Part shown: positions 1 through 10,438 of the stretch, piece by piece
Layout of the letters: each line of letters opens with the position of its first letter
How positions within the stretch are numbered: the first letter of the stretch is position 1
Source of the DNA: Mesotaenium endlicherianum
Taxonomy: Eukaryota
Direction of reading: 5' to 3'
Assembly (NCBI GenBank): GCA_009602735.1
Contig: WELA01001736.1
Span: 83,837-111,257 of the forward strand
DNA: 27,421 bases
Position numbers and translations under genes: made by a program
Notes under the pieces: generated by a model
Seen by the model: the letters and a program-made list of their open reading frames with translations, nothing else
What the model was told of the DNA's origin: nothing
The model's database searches: none

Positions 1-19
1 CCCCCCTCTCTCCGCCCCA

Positions 20-261
20 AACTCTAACCCCATTCCTGGGCCCTACACTCTTAGTCTTATACACAACTGGCTGCTGCTGCTTTTGGACCCTCTCCGTTGA
101 TTTTGAGCTCATGGAGGTCCCTTCCTCTTTGCCTGGAAACCCTAACGATAACCCTAACTCTATGTCCTGGCCCTGAATTGGAACAATCAGCTGCTGCTGC
201 TCTGGACCCTCCCCGTTGGCGTTGAGCTCATAAAGGCCCCCCTTCTGCCGCAAACCCTAAC
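20..261. repeat. Degenerate ~120-bp tandem duplication bounded by telomere-like AAACCCTAA motifs (intronic)
   Basis: 71-120 (ctgctgctgcttttggaccctctccgttgattttgagctcat) resembles 190-240 (ctgctgctgctctggaccctccccgttggcgttgagctcat); each unit ends in aaaccctaac (138-147, 252-261). Confidence 0.65.
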
Positions 262-271
262 TTAGCGCGTG

Positions 272-375
272 CACACACACACACACACATACACACACAC
301 ACGCACGCGCACACATACACATGCGCGCATGCACTGACAGAGAGACACGCATAAACTCGCACACATGCGCACGCA
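272..375. repeat. (CA)n / CA-rich microsatellite
   Basis: Read directly. Confidence 0.9.
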
Positions 376-511
376 CTTCATGCAACGAGTCAAAGGTGAG
401 TCCCGCCCACCCCAAGAAAAAGGGATCAACAAGTATGCCATGCCATGCTGCAAACCAACAGCATGATCTCCCGTGCGTGCGTGGATGGACGGCTGATCTG
501 CGGAAGCACAG

Positions 512-757
512 CACCCGAAGCTGCGCGTATCGAGCGAAGAGAAGGTGCTGGACGCCGTCGTGGTGTGGGCCGCCGACCGCGACGACGTTGCCAGCTGGCG
601 GCACGCCTGCCAGGTGGCGCGGGAGGAGGGCGAAGGCGAAGAGGAGGAGGGGGGCGTGGGCCGCCTGGTGCGGCCGCAGCGCGTGCAGCAGGAGCTGGAG
701 AGCCTGGTGGTGCAGCACGTGCGCTTCGCCCTCATGCCCCTCCCCCTGCTGCACCAG
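512..757 (+). CDS. BTB-BACK-discoidin gene exon (BACK domain end)
   Basis: Acceptor cacag at 507-511, donor GT at 758; encodes HPKLRVSSEEKVLDAVVVW...QHVRFALMPLPLLHQ. Confidence 0.85.
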
Positions 758-849
758 GTGCGCTGCACCACCCTTCTCTCTTGCCTCCTCCCCCCCCTGA
801 CGAAAAAGAAACAATCTTGTCTAGAGTTGCTGTTACTCTCTTTCCCTTT

Positions 850-904
<55 letters not shown>

Positions 905-3900
905 TGCGCGCGCGTATGTGCGTGTGTGTGCGTCAGTATACATATATGTGCATGTGTGCCTCCACAGACAGGTGCATGTATATGCACATAGGAATGCGCA
1001 TCAACTTTTGTTCATATTTATGCAGGTGTTCATGTATGTGGATCTACGTGTGTTAGCGTGGATGTGCTGTTGTGAGGCATGCAGTCCTGCACCGCTGCCG
1101 CCCTTCTTCCTCACCTCTTCCGCATTCTACTTAGCAGCGTCAGTCCGTTCACTCTTGCTCCCCCCCCCCTGGGAGGATGACAGATAGATAGGCGACTGCC
1201 CGATTCGAGAAGGACGAGTTGCCTCCCCTGTGTCTCCCAGTCTGGCGCGTCTGGCTGGGCTGGGCCAAGCATCGTGACGGCAACAGCACGCTGTGTGGTG
1301 TTGGTGGGGGGGTTGATGTGCTGCTGCTGGTGGGGGTTGTGCAGCTGGAGGAGTCGGGGCTGTTCCGCTCCTTCTTCCCCGTCCACGACCTGGTATGCCT
1401 GCTCTCTCGCCTGCCGCCCGCCAGCTGGCGGCTAGCGCCCCCGTATGCCAGCTGACCTGTTGCCTCCCTGCTGGACGCTCGTGCCCTGATTTCCCCCCCC
1501 GATATTAGGGCTGTCAGCTGTCAGCTGTTGGTGGGTGACGCATGGCTCCCCCCGTCATGCAGAAGAAGCCCTCTCGTTCGCGAGGAGCTTCCCGCCTCTG
1601 AATCATTGCTGGCATGACTGCTGGTGGGGGTGACACATGGCAGATCTGGCAGGCCATTCAGTACTTGGAGCACGACTGCGAGGTCTCCTCCGACACCAGG
1701 TAAAGCCCCCCCNACTTGCGCATGATCAATGAGAAGAGCACCTGTCTCAGATTTATTAGCATTGCAAAAAGGGGCCATACCGAAGAACCATTGCAAGCAG
1801 CGCAAAGGCACCCAACAGGTGGACGGGACTGCGGGCGGAGGCCGGGGGGCGGCATGGGGTGGGGCCCACACGCGCACACACGTGTCGCTTCCAGCTTTGT
1901 GTGAAGAGTACGTGACAACGCGCATACACGTTGCGCTCGTTCTCTGACAGGGGCGCGTGGCGCGTGGCCACGCGTATACACATGTCGCTCCAAATTCGTG
2001 AGAAGGATGCATGCTGATGCGTGTGATGTGCGCGGGGCGGGCGGCGGGCGCAGGAGGAGCATGCAGGCGCTGCGGATCGACGGGCAGGGGCGGCTGGTGC
2101 GGCAGAAGGCGGGCGGCGGGGGGCTGCGGCTGAGCTGGCGGCAGTTGGAGCACCAGAAGGAGCTGCTGTACATCTGCGACGGCGACCGCAACGGCGTGTG
2201 CCACTATGCCGGCACCAACTACGGCGCGCAGCCGTGGATGAACCCCGTCGCCACCAAGGTGGGCTGGCTGGCTGGCAGGCCGATAGGCGAGCACCTAGGG
2301 GCCCGCGAGCGCGCGTGCGGGCGTGCGTGCGTGCGTATGTGCTTGCACCGCAAGAGGTAGAGGCGAGGAGGGGAGGGAGGGAGGAAGGGAGGGAGCGAGG
2401 GAGGGAGGGAGTTATGGAGGGAGGAAAAATTGAGGGGAAGGCGTAAAGGGAGGGGGAGGGAGGGAATGAGGAGTGAGAGGGGGGAGGAGCACGAATGCGT
2501 GTGCAAATGTGCAGGCGGAGGCAAGTGCTCTTGCGCAATTGGCATGTGTGTGCGCGTCGTGTTTGCAAGCTTGCGCCGCACACCGGGATGCCGGGGCGAG
2601 GCGAGTGTACCTCGGCAAAGGGGGGGCAGTTGGACGCGTCCGTCTCCTCCTTCCTCTTCCTCTTCTGACGTACAAGGGTTGTAAAGAAGCCCTGGCAAGA
2701 ATGGTTGTGGTTACCATTTTGGGGTGGGGGGGGGGGAGGGGGAGGGGGGAGAGGCGCACTTGTAGCTCTGGCCCGAGGAGGGAGCTTGAGCTCATGCACC
2801 AGCCAATTGCTGTTGCTTGTTTATACTTCCCCCCTCTCTTTCATGTGATGTGGCTGGGGCTGCACGCGGCTGTACCCATGGTGGTCCTCGATTCTGCGAC
2901 ATTTTGAGAAAAGTGTTCTGAATAATTGCGTGGTGCCAAGGGGAGAGGAGAGAGACTGTGCACTCGCGACGACCGAGAAGGTCGGCCTACGCTGTCTTGT
3001 GGCATTGCCGGACAGCCACTTAATCGCAATGAGTACTAGAGAGGAAGGTCGGCGGCGTTTGTCGCCGTGGAGCAGAGAACACAGCCAGTCAGTTGCAATC
3101 ACCAGAGGAGAGGAGGAGAGGGTCTTTCCTCCTTCTGCCTGAGGATGTCCTGTGCGGCTGTGGTGGTGACAGCTGGCTTCTCCTGGGGATGGGGGGGGGC
3201 GCAGAGGATAGAGGTGACGGCCAGCAGCCCGCCGTCGCGCTTCACCGATGCAAAGCTGCTCGTGTCCGGCAGCTTCCAGGTCCCCTCCCCTCCCCTCCAC
3301 CTCTTCTGGTGCCTACCCTCCAGCTTGGGGCTGCTATGTGATTCAGCCAGTGTGCCTGTTTGGTACTCCACAACTCTCTGGCGGACGTGAATCTGCATAA
3401 GGGAGGCCCATACCCTGAGGATTAGTCACGCTCACACACATAGGGCGAAATGCGAAATGCTCGCGTCTGCATGCCCGTGGCGCGGGTGCGTGCCAGTGCT
3501 GCGTGGCACGCAAAGCAGGACCTGTGTCAGCGTGATGATGTGTCGAGGAAGTGGAGTGGGGCGGCGCCACCCGGCAAGAGCGTGCATCTTCTGCACGCGT
3601 GTGCAGCCCTCCCTCTTTCAGCCCTCTTTCTGCACATGTTCCCGCCTCCCTCCCCTTCGATGTACTCTTTCCAAGCCCTGTCTGGGAACAAGGGAGGCCG
3701 TCCCAAGTGTGGCTCTGGCGTGGGCTGATGCAGTCCAAAGCGTACACGCGTGAACCAGCACTCTTCTGATATAACCCTGCTGACGGGAGTCAAACAGGTG
3801 TACCGGTGTGCTTGTGTGCGGAGGCGGGCGGCAGGGCACTCTCGTGGCGGGGCCATGCGTGGACGGCGGCGCCCAGACTGCGTGGTGGAAGGTTGACTTT

Positions 3901-3937
3901 GGGGAAGGCCACCAGGTGCGCAAAGGAGGGGCGGGGA

Positions 3938-4013
<76 letters not shown>

Positions 4014-5730
4014 TACATCTGACACCCTCACTTACCACAAACATTTGTGCGCACACACACATGCCTTAATGCTTGGTGGCTGGCGAACCTCAAAGGCAGG
4101 CAGGCGCCAAACTCTGGGATCATCTGCCGCAGCCTTGAGCCTTGGTCCTCTGATGAGCCCTCAGGACACCTCCTGCCTCTGCCTTGGCCTGCCTGCCGTT
4201 GCTGCTGCTTTCAGCGCTGCTGCTGCTGCTGCTGCTGTTATGCACATGCATTCTTGTAGCACCTCACCTTCCTCAGCGGCTGCCGTAGGAAGGTCCCCAG
4301 GGACCTTGGGTGTGCGGGGCTGCACGGCTGTGCGTGATCGGGTGGGAGCTGTCTGCGCCTGGGTGGCTGGGGTGGGCGGGGAGGGCAGCTGATGTGCAAC
4401 TACTACACGGTGCGGCAGGACGGCTCCGCCAACTTCATGCGCTCTTGGGCTCTGGAGGTCCGTCGCGCTCTTCCTCCCCTCCCCTCCCCTGCCCTGCCTT
4501 CCCGGTCCCCTTTCCTGCCCTTGCCCTGCCTTTTTTCACCGGCTAGCTTTCTGCTTGTGTCAGGCTAGGCTAGGCTAGGCTAGGCTAGAATAGGCTAGGA
4601 TANTGTTGCTTGTTTATACTTCCCCCCTCTCTTTCATGTGATGTGGCTGGGGCTGCACGCGGCTGTACCCATGGTGGTCCTCGATTCTGCGACATTTTGA
4701 GAAAAGTGTTCTGAATAATTGCGTGGTGCCAAGGGGAGAGGAGAGAGACTGTGCACTCGCGACGACCGAGAAGGTCGGCCTACGCTGTCTTGTGGCATTG
4801 CCGGACAGCCACTTAATCGCAATGAGTACTAGAGAGGAAGGTCGGCGGCGTTTGTCGCCGTGGAGCAGAGAACACAGCCAGTCAGTTGCAATCACCAGAG
4901 GAGAGGAGGAGAGGGTCTTTCCTCCTTCTGCCTGAGGATGTCCTGTGCGGCTGTGGTGGTGACAGCTGGCTTCTCCTGGGGATGGGGGGGGGCGCAGAGG
5001 ATAGAGGTGACGGCCAGCAGCCCGCCGTCGCGCTTCACCGATGCAAAGCTGCTCGTGTCCGGCAGCTTCCAGGTCCCCTCCCCTCCCCTCCACCTCTTCT
5101 GGTGCCTACCCTCCAGCTTGGGGCTGCTATGTGATTCAGCCAGTGTGCCTGTTTGGTACTCCACAACTCTCTGGCGGACGTGAATCTGCATAAGGGAGGC
5201 CCATACCCTGAGGATTAGTCACGCTCACACACATAGGGCGAAATGCGAAATGCTCGCGTCTGCATGCCCGTGGCGCGGGTGCGTGCCAGTGCTGCGTGGC
5301 ACGCAAAGCAGGACCTGTGTCAGCGTGATGATGTGTCGAGGAAGTGGAGTGGGGCGGCGCCACCCGGCAAGAGCGTGCATCTTCTGCACGCGTGTGCAGC
5401 CCTCCCTCTTTCAGCCCTCTTTCTGCACATGTTCCCGCCTCCCTCCCCTTCGATGTACTCTTTCCAAGCCCTGTCTGGGAACAAGGGAGGCCGTCCCAAG
5501 TGTGGCTCTGGCGTGGGCTGATGCAGTCCAAAGCGTACACGCGTGAACCAGCACTCTTCTGATATAACCCTGCTGACGGGAGTCAAACAGGTGTACCGGT
5601 GTGCTTGTGTGCGGAGGCGGGCGGCAGGGCACTCTCGTGGCGGGGCCATGCGTGGACGGCGGCGCCCAGACTGCGTGGTGGAAGGTTGACTTTGGGGAAG
5701 GCCACCAGGTGCGCAAAGGAGGGGCGGGGA

Positions 5731-5806
<76 letters not shown>

Positions 5807-7074
5807 TACATCTGACACCCTCACTTACCACAAACATTTGTGCGCACACACACATGCCTTAATGCTTGGTGGCTGGCGAACCTCAAAGGCAGGCAGGCGC
5901 CAAACTCTGGGATCATCTGCCGCAGCCTTGAGCCTTGGTCCTCTGATGAGCCCTCAGGACACCTCCTGCCTCTGCCTTGGCCTGCCTGCCGTTGCTGCTG
6001 CTTTCAGCGCTGCTGCTGCTGCTGCTGCTGTTATGCACATGCATTCTTGTAGCACCTCACCTTCCTCAGCGGCTGCCGTAGGAAGGTCCCCAGGGACCTT
6101 GGGTGTGCGGGGCTGCACGGCTGTGCGTGATCGGGTGGGAGCTGTCTGCGCCTGGGTGGCTGGGGTGGGCGGGGAGGGCAGCTGATGTGCAACTACTACA
6201 CGGTGCGGCAGGACGGCTCCGCCAACTTCATGCGCTCTTGGGCTCTGGAGGTCCGTCGCGCTCTTCCTCCCCTCCCCTCCCCTGCCCTGCCTTCCCGGTC
6301 CCCTTTCCTGCCCTTGCCCTGCCTTTTTTCACCGGCTAGCTTTCTGCTTGTGTCAGGCTAGGCTAGGCTAGGCTAGGCTAGAATAGGCTAGGATAGGCGC
6401 GGCGAGGCACCCCAGTCCGGCGTCAGGTCCCGCAGCTCTGCTTCCTGCCTGCCCTTCGCGGCCCCCCAGCTCACGTGTGAGCTGGTGCTGACAGGGTTCT
6501 CCTCTCCTGACATCTGTCCCCTACTGCGAGCACGCACATCACCGGCACTCTGCTGCGCTCTGCTGCACTCTGCTGTGCTGCGCTGTGCTGCGCTGTGCTA
6601 TGCTGTGGTGTGCTGTGGTGTGCTGGGCTGGGCTGAGCTGGGCAGGACTGGGCTGGGCTGGGCTGGACTGGGCTGAGCCGTGATGTGCTCTCCTCCGCCC
6701 GGCCATGCTGTGCGGCACTCCTAGCTGTGCTCGTGCCATGCTGGTTCGATCACGCTGGGCCGTGCTGCTCCTTGTGCCATGCTCGTGCTGATGCCCACGC
6801 CCGTGCCTGTGCTCCTGTTCGTGCTCGTGGCCGTCCCGTATGCCGCGGTATGCAGGGCTCGAGCGACGGCGAGCGATGGAGCGAGCTGCGCCGCCACGAC
6901 CACGACTCCACGCTCTGCCGCCCGGGGCAGTACGCGTCGTGGCCCGTCGTGGGCTCGCCCGCGTTCCTGCCCTGCCGCCTGCTGCGCGTGCGCCTCACGG
7001 GGCCCTCCAGCGACACCACCAAGCCCTGGAACCTCTGCATCTGCTACCTGGAGTTCTATGGCTACTTCATGTAA
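512..7074 (+). CDS. BTB/POZ-BACK-F5/8 type C (discoidin) domain protein, At2g30600-like, 5'-partial. join(512..757,1345..1392,1644..1699,2054..2258,3205..3279,3835..3915,4389..4457,6856..7074), 332 aa visible; exons 5-7 also duplicated at 4998..5072, 5628..5708, 6182..6250
   Basis: The spliced translation reads HPKLRVSSEEKVLDAVVVWA...HVRFALMPLPLLHQLEESGL...KELLYICDGDRNGVCHYAGTNYGAQPWMNPVATKRIEVTASSPPSRFTDAK...WWKVDFGEGHQLMCNYYTVRQDGSANFMRSWALEGSSDGERWSELRRH...PWNLCICYLEFYGYFM*. This follows the BACK end and discoidin C-terminus of plant At2g30600-type proteins as I recall them. All introns are GT-AG with consistent phases. Confidence 0.9.
854..935. repeat. (GT)n microsatellite
   Basis: Read directly. 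Confidence 0.95.
1345..1392 (+). CDS. BTB-BACK-discoidin gene exon (LEESGLFRSFFPVHDL)
   Basis: tgcag acceptor, gtatgc donor, phase 0/0, 48 nt. Confidence 0.75.
1644..1699 (+). CDS. BTB-BACK-discoidin gene exon (IWQAIQYLEHDCEVSSDT)
   Basis: ggcag acceptor, gtaaag donor; ends in phase 2, matching the next exon. Confidence 0.7.
2054..2258 (+). CDS. BTB-BACK-discoidin gene exon (...KELLYICDGDRNGVCHYAGTNYGAQPWMNPVATK)
   Basis: Conserved DGDxNGV-x-GT-x-YG-x-W-x-NP motif; cgcag acceptor, GT donor at 2259. Confidence 0.88.
3205..3279 (+). CDS. Discoidin-region exon RIEVTASSPPSRFTDAKLLVSGSFQ (copy 1; copy 2 at 4998..5072)
   Basis: cgcag/GT boundaries, phase 0/0, SSPxSRFTD motif. Confidence 0.85.
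3835..3915 (+). CDS. Discoidin-region exon GTLVAGPCVDGGAQTAWWKVDFGEGHQ (copy 1; copy 2 at 5628..5708)
   Basis: ggcag/GT boundaries, phase 0/0; WWxVD(L/F)G discoidin motif. Confidence 0.87.
3939..4007. repeat. Compound (CT)n(CA)n microsatellite (copy at ~5732-5800)
   Basis: Read directly. Confidence 0.9.
4389..4457 (+). CDS. Discoidin-region exon LMCNYYTVRQDGSANFMRSWALE (copy 1; copy 2 at 6182..6250)
   Basis: ggcag/GT boundaries, phase 0/0; LMCNYYTxRQDGS motif; this frame is absent from the ORF track. Confidence 0.87.
6548..6678. repeat. Pentamer-period microsatellite drifting GCTCT > GCTGT > GCTGG along its length (intronic)
   Basis: ctctgctgcgctctgctgcactctgctgtgctgcgctgtg...tgctgggctgggctgagctggg. 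Confidence 0.75.
6856..7074 (+). CDS. Terminal exon of BTB-BACK-discoidin gene
   Basis: tgcag acceptor; GSSDGERWSELRRHDHDSTLCRPGQYASWPV...CICYLEFYGYFM followed by TAA. Confidence 0.9.
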   Translation, partial: GSSDGERWSELRRHDHDSTLCRPGQYASWPVVGSPAFLPCRLLRVRLTGPSSDTTKPWNLCICYLEFYGYFM

Positions 7075-7176
7075 GGCTGGTGCCGTGATCCGCGATCCGT
7101 GCGTGGATGAATTGTGATGGTTAACAGTAGGGGGTTGGTCTGGAGGCCAAGGGGAGGGGAGGGCCAGGTGACGGGN

Positions 7177-7410
<234 letters not shown>

Positions 7411-8469
7411 GATTAGGGAGGAGGAGTCTCCTGGGGAAGTACTTGAGAAGTAGCTATGACGGGGGTGTGTATAGCCATATTCCTAAGTATGTATCTCTCT
7501 TTGCGCAGTTGCTGGTAAAGCCTTATATGTTATTGCTTGTACAGAGGACGTATCCTTGACTTATTTGGCTTAGCTAGAAGTGTGAAGTTTCAAGTAAGTT
7601 TTAGAAAAGCTGTCGGTCTGCTAGTCTGTGGACTTTTTTGCTGAAGCAATAGTCTCCGTGATGAGTATCACACCCGACCTTGTTCTTTAACAGCATGCTT
7701 CAGTTTGTTCAGCTTCTATTGGTCACGCGCACTCTTGAATGTGTCCATGGCTGGGGTCTAGGACTCCCTACCTCGCAACTTCCTGAGGCACACTTAGAGG
7801 AGAGAAGCCCCCAGCACTTAGAAGTAGCACGAGCAGTATATTAGAGGAGCAGCTTGTGAGGGCTTGACTGTGTGATTAGTTGCAGCTCATAGGTGAGCTT
7901 TTTTCTTGCCCTCTTTAAGTGGCTACCTCTGGAACATTAAGAGTAGCTAGTATGAATTCACTCTGAAACTACCTGCTTTGATTTCTTGCAGAGGACCGGG
8001 CAGCCTTAGTTCATGAGAGTTAAGAGTCTTAGTTTCAAATGCTTTTCTCCTTGATACCTTTTGATCCAACTTGAGGTCCATGTGCCGCAAGGAGAACCAA
8101 GATTATTGGCGGTCTATATGATCGTGCACACCTCCTTAATTCAAGGGTAAGCGCCAAATAGCAAATTGTTTACTTTCAAAATTCTCTCTTCATACTTCAG
8201 TCCTTTCAAGGAGACCATACAGGCCCTCAAATACTACCTCTGACTAACCGAACTAGGTCCCTAACACTTGATACAGGAAAGGCAAACAACCTGGGCTTGA
8301 TGCAACTCACGCGCACAGCATATGGCCAAGAAAATTTTATGTGCAAACACAACACAGTCAGGATACGCACTTAATAAGCTTAAAGCACATACTTAACACC
8401 ACAGACTCAGTACTCAATCATTGTGCATGTATATGGTTTACTTCAAATGCTAACCCTGTTTTCTCTTAC

Positions 8470-9019
8470 CTAAGGCACTCCTACTCAGCGGCCACCTTGG
8501 GCAACTTCAATTGCAAGAAGCGAAGGCCAGTTGTAAGCTGAGAGAGATTGGGCTGTTGGGGCTTGGAGCTGGTCGAATGGAGGCCATGTTGTCTAGGAAG
8601 GGTATCGGCGCTTGTAGCACTGGCAGCATGTCGGTCTATAGGGACAAGTTCTTTAGGAAAGGCAGCCATTCCGATTCCCTTGCCAGGCTGGCCTCTACCG
8701 GAGCAGATTTCTCGAGCAGAGTATATTGGAAAGACAAGGAGGTGAGCGAGCACAAGCTTGCTAGAGGCCTAATTACCAGTGGAAAGTGGAACTGAAGAAC
8801 TAAATCCTTCGAGCTGACCATGGCCTCCAATGATGACACGAAGCTGCCAAAGAAGTCGAAGAAGTCCTAAACTATGTCTAGGCTTGCAAAGGGTGTCTTG
8901 CAGCTACTCTCTCCTGCGCCAGTGACCTTCAAATGAAGAGTTGACAACTTCGTGAGCTGCATAACTATCCGGTTGAGTGAGAAAACTGTGCCAATCTTTG
9001 CTTGTTTAGTAGGAGCACT
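8470..9019 (-). pseudogene. Possible decayed leucine-rich-repeat protein fragment
   Basis: One minus-strand frame reads MQLTKLSTLHLKV...(TAG 8869-8867)...PLASLCSLTSLSFQY...WLPFLKNLSL(TAG 8638-8636). A shifted frame continues PNLSQLTTGLRFLQLKLP up to a gtaaga donor-like site near 8469. Several LxxLxxLxL motifs are present. Confidence 0.3.
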
Positions 9020-10255
9020 TTAATATAGTTCGAAGATGTTCAAGATGTCCCAAATATAGCGATACAAACAAAACGGTAATCCAAGGTCCTTTGATCGCGC
9101 GAACTTGTACTCATACAGTACTTTGCGGTCACATTCGGTTGCTCCCCGTGACATGTCCCACGTGCCGCAATTGGCCACGTGGCGGATTGCTACACTCCTC
9201 CCACTTACAAGTGTGCACGTCTCGGGCACTTACGCGGCGATGGCGCGAGGGACATTGTTTCATATTAGTGTCCTTTCTTTGTACGATCCACAAATTGCCA
9301 TAAGCATCAATTACATGCAGCTATATAGATAAACAACATGCCACAGGAAGTCGGAAGTGTATTTCATATGGCGCGAGCCACTTTTTAAAATGCGACCAAC
9401 CAAAATTGACCTAAGTGAAAGCCTGCACTCTAGGAAGTCATGAAGTTGTCCACATATAAGAGGTGGCAAGGTACACATCAACCCCTGTTCATATTCTTCC
9501 AGCCCCCTTATCCTACTCTCCTGCTTGAACAAGACCCGAGACTCCAGGGACGTCAATGTGTGGAAGACAGAGCCTACTAAGCTAAGGCACACGCACCCCC
9601 TGTGATAGTTTGCTCACAAGTGTAGATGCATGCGCTAAACGCCTTCCTCACAATTACACAATCTGGGGGCACAGGACCTGCTTCTGCTCCTTGTCCCCGT
9701 TGGTGCTAATGTCTGGCAGGATGACAGCGTCCCATCTGACCGATACCTATGCAGTTGGACCACGCAAGAACAGGACATCTGTTGGTATACATGCAACCAT
9801 CGACAAGGTTTCGTCATACATCTGCAATTACAAAAAAGATAAAAAAGAAAGAGTGACATTTGCATACAGCTGCAAAGGGATGAGCCAGAGATCTGCTGCC
9901 GTAGGTTCGGTGCTCTGCCCGAAGCCGCACAGTTTCAGGCTGTAGATGGAACCGCGTGTCGTCCCACGCTGAAGACGCAACAGGTGTTTCTGCAGGCTGC
10001 GTGATGCAAGGACACATCAACAGGTTGGCAAGGCCAATGCCACGGGAGCATGCATGCGACAGCATGCTGGCAGGCTCACGACCACAGGAGGGGCCTGGAG
10101 CAGGCTGAGCAAAGAGAGCACGTGTAATGCACTAGAAGCAGCAAAACAAAGATGGCCTAAAGCAATCTTGGGAGGGGCTCATGGGCCCAAACTGCTGTGT
10201 GGCTCTCGAGGGGTCCAAGCTCTGCATCAGCCTGGAACCGGAAGAATGAAAGACG

Positions 10256-10257
<2 letters not shown>

Positions 10258-10333
<76 letters not shown>

Positions 10334-10379
10334 NNNNNNNNNNNNNNNNNNNNNNNNNNNNNNNNNNNNNNNNNNNNNN

Positions 10380-10437
<58 letters not shown>
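10258..10437. repeat. (GA)n microsatellite spanning a 46-N gap (10334-10379)
   Basis: Read directly. Confidence 0.95.

Positions 10438-10438
<1 letters not shown>

Larger units (their letters stand above)
2811..6395. repeat. Apparently identical 1,792-bp tandem duplication (2811..4602 and 4604..6395) separated by a single N
   Basis: The ORF track repeats identically at offset 1793; both copies start tgttgcttgtttatac and end ggctaggata; N at 4603. Confidence 0.95.

Noticed and set aside
257..1187. Overlapping ORFs rich in CV/HT repeats
   Set aside because: These are translations of (GT)n/(CA)n microsatellites or shadow frames of the real exon at 512-757.
2811..6395. Mutually exclusive exon cassette system or LTR pair
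   Set aside because: The copies look identical, so they encode no diversity. They abut at an N, contain host exons, and lack TG...CA termini or an internal retroelement region.
9640..10000. Possible minus-strand exons (strong ttttttgtaattgcag acceptor near 9822; gtatgc donor near 9867)
   Set aside because: The implied intron is only about 46 nt and no frame gives a recognisable product.
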